From: Myxococcota bacterium
GTDB lineage: Bacteria; Myxococcota_A; UBA9160; UBA4427
Direction of reading: 5' to 3'
DNA: 64,000 bases
Assembly (NCBI GenBank): GCA_965250285.1
Contig: OZ252299.1
Location: 3,968,001-4,032,000 of the forward strand
Shown: positions 57,196 to 64,000 of the stretch, piece after piece
Numbering within the stretch: position 1 is the first letter of the stretch
How the letters are laid out: every line of letters begins with the position of its first letter
Program-made: the position numbers and the translations under genes
The notes under the pieces: generated by a model
Told to the model about the DNA's origin: nothing
The model's database searches: none
The model's input: only the letters and a program-made list of their open reading frames with translations

Positions 57196-57825
57196 ATGCC
57201 CGTGCGCCCCCGCTCGACCCTGCCCGCCTTCGTGTTCGCACTTGCGCTCGTCTGCGCGGGGACGGCGACGGCGCAGGTCGCGCCTTCCGCCGACTCGAAA
57301 GCTGGGGAGGAGTACGTGCGCGAGCGCGGCTTCAGCGTGTCGCTCGGCTACGCGCACGCGATCCAGAACGTGAGACACCCCGATGAGGCTGATGTCACCG
57401 AACCCCAGATGCTGGTGATGTCTGCGCAGCTCTTCGCCGAGCTTGCCGACTGGCGAAGATCGGGCCGGCACGGTGGCTCGGCCCTCGACATCGTGCTCGA
57501 GCCCCAGCTGCTCGTGAACTTCTCGCCTTCGGCAGGCTTCGCCGGCGCCGTCACCGCCGGGTTCCGCTGGCGCTTCCTCCGCAATGCAGGCTGGCAGCCG
57601 TTTCTCGTCGGCGTGGCGGGCATCGGCGGCACCGACTTCGACCTGGTCTATCAGGACGACGGTTTTCAGTTCTGGCTCGAAGGCGGGATCGGCGTGCGTC
57701 GTCCGCTCGCATCGGGACGATCGCTGCTCTTCGAGACGCGCTTCCATCACATTTCGAACGCAGGTACGCATCCGCCGAATCTCGGCATCGACTCGGTGCT
57801 GTTCACGGTCGGCGTCGAGTTCTAG
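57196..57825 (+). CDS. Acyloxyacyl hydrolase / PagL-like lipid A 3-O-deacylase (outer-membrane beta-barrel)
   Basis: Signal peptide, amphipathic beta-strands, RFHHISNAG..PNLG.D motif, C-terminal Phe. Confidence 0.83.
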   Translation: MPVRPRSTLPAFVFALALVCAGTATAQVAPSADSKAGEEYVRERGFSVSLGYAHAIQNVRHPDEADVTEPQMLVMSAQLFAELADWRRSGRHGGSALDIVLEPQLLVNFSPSAGFAGAVTAGFRWRFLRNAGWQPFLVGVAGIGGTDFDLVYQDDGFQFWLEGGIGVRRPLASGRSLLFETRFHHISNAGTHPPNLGIDSVLFTVGVEF

Positions 57826-57882
57826 CCGAGCCGTGTCGTTCCCGATGCGCTCCTTCCGACGGCCACGGCGGCGGACGAAACC

Positions 57883-59328
57883 TCAGCCCGCGCAGACGCC
57901 GGGCTTGCGTTCGCCCCAGCGCACCTCGGCTTCGAGCTGGCTCGCCACCCGAAGCAGCAGGTCTTCGCGCCCCATGGCCGCGACCAGCTGGACGCCGATC
58001 GGCAGCCCCGCCGCGTTCCAGTGCAGCGGCAGCGAGATAGCCGGCTGGCCCGTCACGTTGAACGGAATCGCGAACGGCAGCAGGCTGCCCGAGCGCATGA
58101 ACGCATCCATCGGGTTGGCGGGGTCGGGGATCATCTCACCGACCCGCGGCGGCGGGGCGGCGATCATCGGCGTGACCAGCAGGTCGAAGCCGCCGGCCCA
58201 CCACGCGGCCATGGCGCGCTGATAGGCCTGGTAGGCCTGCATGGCGGCGAGGTACTGGGTGCCGGTGACCTGCTGACCGATCTCGGTCACGGCCCAGTTG
58301 CTCGCGTCGAGGTCTTTCGGCCCGAGCGTACGCCCGATGAGCTGACCGAAGTCTTCGACGGCCCGCGCCTGGTAGCACGAGATCACGTTCAGGGTATGCG
58401 GCAACAGCTCGGCCGAGGTGACCGGCGCAGGATGCGATGCCTCGACGTGATGCCCGAGCCCCTCGAGCAGCCGGCCGGCGGCCTCGGCCGCCTCGGCACA
58501 GTCGGCATGCACCGGCATCTCTTCGTGGTGTGCGAGGACGCCGACCCGCAGTACGCCGGGATCGACCCCGACCTCCTCGACGTACGGACGCGCTGGCGCG
58601 GCGACGCCGTACGGATCGCCCGGCATCGGCCCGTGTACCGCATCGAGCAGGCCGGCCACGTCGCGCATGCTGCGCGCGACCACGAACTCGAAGATCATGC
58701 CCGCCCATGACTCGCCCACGTCGGGACCGAGCGAGATGCGCGCTCGCGAAGGCTTGAGGCCGACGATCCCGCACTGACTCGAGGGATTTCGGATCGATCC
58801 CCCGCCGTCGCTCGCGTGGGCCGCCGGGACGATGCGCGCCGCGACGGCCGAGGCCGCCCCTCCGCTCGAGCCGCCGCTCGAGTGATCGGTGTTCCACGGG
58901 TTGCGACACGGGCCGTAGGCCTCTGACTCGGTGACCGACCACGCGCCGAGCTCGGGGACGTTCGTTCGACCGACGTCGACCAGCCCTGCGGCGAGGAATT
59001 TCTCCACGAGGTACGAGGTCGAGGGGGCCGTGTAGCCCGCTTCTTTCAAGAAGCGGGCGCCCCAGTGGTGGGGGTCGCCGGCGCGATTGCCGCCGCCGAG
59101 ATCCTTCAACAGGAACGGCACGCCTTGGAACGGTCCGGCCGGCAGTGCGCTCGCCGCCTCGGCCCGCGCCCGCTCGTCGTGGCGGTGGATCACGGCGTTG
59201 AGCTGCGGGTTCAGCCCGTCGATCAGACCGATCGCGCAGTCGACGACCTCGGCCGGCGTCACCTGCTTCGACGCGATCAGCTCGGCCAGTCCCGTGGCAT
59301 CGTGCTCGGCGTACTCCGAGGGCTTCAT
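57883..59328 (-). CDS. Amidase (amidase signature family)
   Basis: [24 protein letters not shown] (Ser-cisSer-Lys triad), GLKPSR motifs. Confidence 0.95.
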   Translation of the reverse strand: MKPSEYAEHDATGLAELIASKQVTPAEVVDCAIGLIDGLNPQLNAVIHRHDERARAEAASALPAGPFQGVPFLLKDLGGGNRAGDPHHWGARFLKEAGYTAPSTSYLVEKFLAAGLVDVGRTNVPELGAWSVTESEAYGPCRNPWNTDHSSGGSSGGAASAVAARIVPAAHASDGGGSIRNPSSQCGIVGLKPSRARISLGPDVGESWAGMIFEFVVARSMRDVAGLLDAVHGPMPGDPYGVAAPARPYVEEVGVDPGVLRVGVLAHHEEMPVHADCAEAAEAAGRLLEGLGHHVEASHPAPVTSAELLPHTLNVISCYQARAVEDFGQLIGRTLGPKDLDASNWAVTEIGQQVTGTQYLAAMQAYQAYQRAMAAWWAGGFDLLVTPMIAAPPPRVGEMIPDPANPMDAFMRSGSLLPFAIPFNVTGQPAISLPLHWNAAGLPIGVQLVAAMGREDLLLRVASQLEAEVRWGERKPGVCAG

Positions 59329-59500
59329 GCGATCTCCTCTTCGGTGTCGTGGGTCGCGGGGCCGCGGCCATCACGCCCCTGAGGCCCTGCACCGGTCGTC
59401 GTGCGCGCGTGCGCCGATCATGACGGCTGCACCTGCAGCCCTTCGACCCAACACCTCGAAGCGTACCCAGCGCCAGCGGGTTCTGCCCAACCCGTCGAAT

Positions 59501-60370
59501 TCAAGCCTCGGCTCGGCCGCGAGCCCGGCGCAGCCGATCGGCCCCCGCCTTGATGCGACCGGCCGCCTCGACGTGCGGCCGGCCCTGCAGCTCGCTCGAG
59601 ATCACCTCGTAGCTGAGCGGCGCACGGCAGCCGCTCGCGTCGAGGATGTCGAGCACGTGGGCAATGTCGAAGGCGCCCTCGCCGCAGGGTCGCCGGTGCT
59701 CGAGGCAATCCGCGAAGTAGTCCTGCTCGGGGTCTTCCGGCTCGAGTGCGCCGTCGCTCAGCTGCACCGAGACGATTCGGTCCCCGGGCAGGGCGCGGAG
59801 CTGCGCGTCGTCGCGCGCGCCGCGAAAATGATGCCAGACGTCGACGCAGACCCCGCCATTGTCTCGATCGGCGGCTTCGACGATCGCGAGCGCCGTCTTC
59901 GCGTCGGGCACGTCGTTCGGGGGCAGAAACTCGATCGCGACGCGAAGCCCCACCTCTGCCGCCCGGTCGCAGACGCGCGCGAACGCGCGCCCGGCGGCGT
60001 CGATCGACGTATCGACGGGCCCGGTGACCTGCAGATGGCGGGCGCCGAACACGTCGGCCATGTGGCAGGCGGTTTCGAGGTGGTGATCGGCGACGGGTCG
60101 CAGCGGCGCGCCCTCGGGCGCGGCCCAGCCCAGCAGGGCTTCGATTTCGACGAGCGCGAGCCCACGCTGATCGAGCGCAGCCTTCAGCTCGGCGTCGCTG
60201 CGCCCCGACTCGACGAGCTCGAGATACTGGTGCAGCAGCATTCCAACACCCTCGAAGCCCGCCTCGCGTGCGGCGTCGAGGCGTTCATCGAACGTGGCGT
60301 GGCGCAGGCTGAAGAACGAGAGCACGTCGTCCCGGGCATCGAACGAGCGCGGATCACGCGTGGTCGCCAC
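59501..60370 (-). CDS. Sugar phosphate isomerase/epimerase (xylose-isomerase-like TIM barrel)
   Basis: AGFEGV, VAIEFLP, VDVWH, VQLSD, R.PCGEG, YEVIS motifs. GTG start after GGAGG. Confidence 0.85.
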   Translation of the reverse strand: MATTRDPRSFDARDDVLSFFSLRHATFDERLDAAREAGFEGVGMLLHQYLELVESGRSDAELKAALDQRGLALVEIEALLGWAAPEGAPLRPVADHHLETACHMADVFGARHLQVTGPVDTSIDAAGRAFARVCDRAAEVGLRVAIEFLPPNDVPDAKTALAIVEAADRDNGGVCVDVWHHFRGARDDAQLRALPGDRIVSVQLSDGALEPEDPEQDYFADCLEHRRPCGEGAFDIAHVLDILDASGCRAPLSYEVISSELQGRPHVEAAGRIKAGADRLRRARGRAEA

Positions 60371-60542
60371 GGCCTCCCTCCGGCGCATTGGCGGCCCACT
60401 CGACCGCCATCCGCTGCGGCCGCCAACGGTACCCGGCGCCGCCCCACGCCGCCGCGCGAATCGGAGACTCGATCGACCTGATCGGCCACACCGAAGTGCG
60501 ATACGAATTGGGGCTCGGCCGTGACGGCTACGGAGGCCCCCC

Positions 60543-61709
60543 ATGGTGTACCGCCCCTCCCGCGGCGATGGTCCGCGCCGGCACGGCGACGGCGTACCCC
60601 AGCTGCCGGGGATCCCGCCCTCGAACCTCGACGCCAGCGCATATACCGACCCCGCGCGGTACGAGCTCGAGCGCACGCGCGTCCTGCGTCACAGCTGGCT
60701 CGTCGGCGGTCGCAGTGAAGAGATTCCGAACGCGGGCGATCACGTGCTCTATGAAGGGCACGGCGAGACCGTCGCGATCGTTCGCCAAGGCGATGGGAGC
60801 GTGCGCGCGTTTCACAACGTGTGTCAGCACCGCGGCGCGCGCATCGTCCACGAGCCGCGTGGCGAAGGCGCGCACGCCTTCACGTGTCCGTGGCACGGCT
60901 GGGTCTACGGCCGAGACGGCGCGCTTCGTGGCGTGCCCGACCGAAGCGACTTTGCGAAGGCGCAGCTCGAGGGGCTCTGCGCCCCGCCGGTGGCGGTCGA
61001 GGAGTGGGGCGGATGGCTCTGGATCTTCCTCGCTGGCCCTGACGCGGCACCGCCCTTCGTCGAGTCACTCGGGCCGATCGGCGACGAACTCGCGCGCTAT
61101 CGCATGGAGGACATGGTCGTGCTCGAGAAGTGCGCGTACGACCTGCCGTGCAACTACAAGGCGATCGTCGATGGCTTCAACGAGACGTACCACATCGAGG
61201 AGACGCACAAGGTGCCGAAGTCGACGGTCACCGCTTCGCGTGAGACGTCGTACGCGGTCTTCGGCCCGCACTCGATGATGGTGGTCCCGCTCGACCCGGT
61301 GAGCCTCGAGCAGCTTCGTGCCGACGGCGACCACTTCGAACACGCCACTTGCCACTACGTCGTGTTTCCGACCGCGGTGTTCAACAACCTGCCCGAACAT
61401 CTTCAACTCTTTCAGCCGATCCCGACCGGACCCCACTCGACGCGCTTCGTCTGCTGGGAGCTGATGTACGCCGATGGCGGCGAGGCGTACGAGGAGCGGG
61501 TCGGCAACTGGTGGCACCAGATCTTGAAACCGATCGTCGAGCAGGACGTCTTCGTCTTCGAGCAGCTCGCGAAGACGCGCGATTCGATGGGCTACACGGC
61601 GAACCGCTTCAACGATCGCGAGTGCAAGCCCACGGCGTACCACGAAGAGATGGCGCGGCGGGTGGGCGACGACCTCGCGCCTCGTCGCATCGAGAAGGAG
61701 ACCTCATGA
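60543..61709 (+). CDS. Rieske non-heme iron oxygenase, alpha subunit
   Basis: Rieske CQHRG...CPWHGW; mononuclear Fe site ETYH...TH and EQD. Confidence 0.93.
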   Translation: MVYRPSRGDGPRRHGDGVPQLPGIPPSNLDASAYTDPARYELERTRVLRHSWLVGGRSEEIPNAGDHVLYEGHGETVAIVRQGDGSVRAFHNVCQHRGARIVHEPRGEGAHAFTCPWHGWVYGRDGALRGVPDRSDFAKAQLEGLCAPPVAVEEWGGWLWIFLAGPDAAPPFVESLGPIGDELARYRMEDMVVLEKCAYDLPCNYKAIVDGFNETYHIEETHKVPKSTVTASRETSYAVFGPHSMMVVPLDPVSLEQLRADGDHFEHATCHYVVFPTAVFNNLPEHLQLFQPIPTGPHSTRFVCWELMYADGGEAYEERVGNWWHQILKPIVEQDVFVFEQLAKTRDSMGYTANRFNDRECKPTAYHEEMARRVGDDLAPRRIEKETS

Positions 61710-62125
61710 ACACGGATGCACACGGCCTGGCCGATCGACTCGCCATCTCGGACGTCATGGCCCGGTACGCGCGCCACGTCGACGATCGCGACTACGACCG
61801 CTTTCGCAGCCTCTTCGACGAGAAGCTCGAGGCCGAGGGCTTCGGGCCCGAAACGCTCGTCGGGCCCGATGCCTGGATCGATTTCGTTCGGACGGCCCTG
61901 TCGGCCTTCGGTCGCACGCAGCACATGCTGGGCCCGGTGCTCGCCGAGGTCGAGGGCGACCGAGCGCGTGCGCAGACCGACCTGCAGGCGATCCACGTCC
62001 ATCAGCCTCCCAAGACCGGCCTCTTCATCGTCTGGGGGACCTACCGGACAGAGATGGCCCGGTTCGAGGAAGGGTGGAAGATCGTGCGCCACCGGCTCGA
62101 CATCGCGCACGTTGGCGACGGTTGA
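61706..62125 (+). CDS. SnoaL-like / NTF2-family protein
   Basis: DRLAI.D...RYARHVD.RD, TQH, GTY, GWKI motifs. ATGA overlap with the Rieske gene. Confidence 0.87.
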   Translation: MNTDAHGLADRLAISDVMARYARHVDDRDYDRFRSLFDEKLEAEGFGPETLVGPDAWIDFVRTALSAFGRTQHMLGPVLAEVEGDRARAQTDLQAIHVHQPPKTGLFIVWGTYRTEMARFEEGWKIVRHRLDIAHVGDG

Positions 62126-62149
62126 TGCGACCCGCGCCGCGACGGGCCC

Positions 62150-63052
62150 TCAGCTGCGGGCACGCCCCGGTGCATCGACCTCTTCGAGGATCAGCCGCGC
62201 GACCACGTCGGGGACCTGCATCGGCAAGAAGTGCGTGAGATCTTCGAAGTGGATCTCCTGCGCGTTCGGGAACTCGGCCACGAGGCCCGGCCACGTCGGC
62301 GACGCCGAAAAATCCATCACGTCGCGATCGGGGTCGGGTCGCTTGGCGCGGAGGATCAACACCGGCAGCTCAAGCGAACGCACGCTGTCGTAGACCCCCG
62401 CGTTGGTGCGGCTCGTCATGTAGATCGCCGCTTCGAACTCGGGCGGGCAGGCCAGTTCGTAGCCCTCGCCCGAAGGCACCGGCCGCAGCCCGAAGCGGCA
62501 ATACGCATCGAGCGCCTCGGGCACGAAGACGTCGTAGGGCTTTCGATCTCGAAACCGGTCGATCATCGCCTCGGGCGAATCGAAGAAGCGCTTGCGCTTC
62601 GACGTCGGATGCGGCGCGCCGGACAGCTTCGAGATCGTCCACCCGCCCGTCTGGTAGTCGTCCGCTGAAGCGATCACCGGATCGATCAGCACGAGGTTGC
62701 GAAATCGGCTGCGCTCGGCCGCAGCGGCGTCGACGAGAGCGTGGGCCCCCATCGAGTGCCCGACACCGACCAGATCGACGAGATCGAGGGCCTCGACGAA
62801 CGCGGCGAGATCGGCTCCGAAGACGTTCCAGTGGTCGAAGCTACGCGGTTCGCTCCGCCCGTGGCACCGCTGGTCGACGGCCACGATGTGGCGGGCGCCG
62901 AGCCGAGACACGACGGCATCCCAGCACCTCGCGTGGAACCCCGTCGCATGGACGAGGAGCAGGGTCGGCCCGCTGCCCCGATGCTCGGCCCCCCACTCGA
63001 AGTACGCCTGTTCGAGGCGGCCCGTGGCGATGCGATGTTCGGTCGGCTCCAT
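62150..63052 (-). CDS. Alpha/beta fold hydrolase
   Basis: LLVHATGF, DQRCHGRS, GHSMG, THFLPM motifs. Confidence 0.9.
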   Translation of the reverse strand: MEPTEHRIATGRLEQAYFEWGAEHRGSGPTLLLVHATGFHARCWDAVVSRLGARHIVAVDQRCHGRSEPRSFDHWNVFGADLAAFVEALDLVDLVGVGHSMGAHALVDAAAAERSRFRNLVLIDPVIASADDYQTGGWTISKLSGAPHPTSKRKRFFDSPEAMIDRFRDRKPYDVFVPEALDAYCRFGLRPVPSGEGYELACPPEFEAAIYMTSRTNAGVYDSVRSLELPVLILRAKRPDPDRDVMDFSASPTWPGLVAEFPNAQEIHFEDLTHFLPMQVPDVVARLILEEVDAPGRARS

Positions 63053-63096
63053 CGCCGCTTCGGTCTCCCCGCGAATCGGATGACGGGCGCGCGCGG

Positions 63097-64000
63097 CTAG
63101 GCAGGCGCTTTCGTGAAGCTCAGCCGCAGCTCGAGGGTCCCGAGCATGATACCGGGCTGATGGACGAACGTGTTGCCGGGTGCGTACTCGAGCGACTCGA
63201 TCCGGTCCAAGAGTCGCCCCCACGCGAGCTGCTGTTCGAGCCGCGAGATCGGCGCGCCAGGACACGTGCGGGGGCCCTGCGAGAACGCGAGATGACCGGC
63301 GACGCGCTTGCGGTCGAGATCGAGATCGTACGGGCACTCGTACTGATCTGGATCGACGTTGCCGGCGCCGAAGCGCAGGTGCAGCAGCGAGCCAGCGGGG
63401 ACCTCGACACCCTGGAACACCTCGTCGCGGGTGGTGATGCGCGTCGATAGCCCCTGGGTCGGCGCGCGCAGCCGCATCGCCTCTTCGGTGAAGGCGCGAA
63501 TCTTCGACCGATCTCCGCGCAGCGTGCGCATCAGCTCGGGGTCGTCGCACAGCAGCTGTGCCTGTTGCTCGAGCGCGTACTGGGTCGTCTCGAGGCCGCC
63601 GAGCATCATCGCGTAGACGATGCCCGCGATCTCGGCATCGTGCAGCTTGCGGCCGAGCGCCTCGTAGGTCACGTCGGCCAGAAAGCTGATCATGTCGTCG
63701 GCGGGCTGGGCGCGCTTCGCCTCGATCTGCTCGCGCACGTACTCGTCGAAGCCCGCGAGCGCCTGCATCTGTTCGGCCGATTGATCGGGCGTGAGCTGAT
63801 TGCGGTGCCCCCGACCGTGGACGAACGACATGACCATCGCGGTGCCCCAATCGGCCAGCCGCGGGATGTCCTCGGCCGGAAACCCGAGCACGTGTGCGGC
63901 GACGTGCTGGGGGAGCGGCCGCGCGAACTCGCCGACGAATTCGACCTCACCGCGATCGATGAACGCGTCGATCAACTCGTCCGCAGCGCGCACGATCATC
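63097..64000 (-). CDS. Cytochrome P450, 5'-truncated by the window edge
   Basis: I-helix GGLETT, EEAMR, heme motif FSQGPRTCPG. Confidence 0.92.
   Translation of the reverse strand, partial: MIVRAADELIDAFIDRGEVEFVGEFARPLPQHVAAHVLGFPAEDIPRLADWGTAMVMSFVHGRGHRNQLTPDQSAEQMQALAGFDEYVREQIEAKRAQPADDMISFLADVTYEALGRKLHDAEIAGIVYAMMLGGLETTQYALEQQAQLLCDDPELMRTLRGDRSKIRAFTEEAMRLRAPTQGLSTRITTRDEVFQGVEVPAGSLLHLRFGAGNVDPDQYECPYDLDLDRKRVAGHLAFSQGPRTCPGAPISRLEQQLAWGRLLDRIESLEYAPGNTFVHQPGIMLGTLELRLSFTKAPA

Overview
A 64-kb, very GC-rich (about 70%), densely coding chromosomal segment of a diderm bacterium, as shown by a TonB-dependent receptor and a PagL-like outer-membrane beta-barrel. The style resembles Myxococcota/Binatota-type lineages, but that is inference. 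About 58 CDSs are supported. Most are lipid, acyl-CoA and aromatic catabolic enzymes: 3 class III CoA-transferases, 3 acyl-CoA dehydrogenases, 2 crotonases, an acyl-CoA ligase, 5 SDRs, 2 cytochromes P450, 2 PhyH-type dioxygenases, a carotenoid-oxygenase-family enzyme, a Rieske oxygenase, LLM/PPOX/OYE flavoenzymes and several hydrolases. Also present are a large NAD-glutamate dehydrogenase, an FGGY kinase fused to a D-2-hydroxyacid dehydrogenase, an orphan 7TM-PAS histidine kinase, three TetR regulators (two form a tandem duplication), an MFS transporter and a GT-C-like membrane glycosyltransferase. I found no rRNA, tRNA, CRISPR array, integrase or transposase. The most notable observations are: (1) repeated TANNNT boxes 6-9 nt upstream of SD-less ATGs, suggesting pervasive leaderless transcription; (2) the kinase-dehydrogenase fusion; (3) a P450 with the EryF-like I-helix Thr-to-Ala change; (4) the TetR duplication that kept a shared upstream palindrome; (5) three short intergenic tandem-repeat arrays. 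All calls come from motif recognition by eye, with no database searches.
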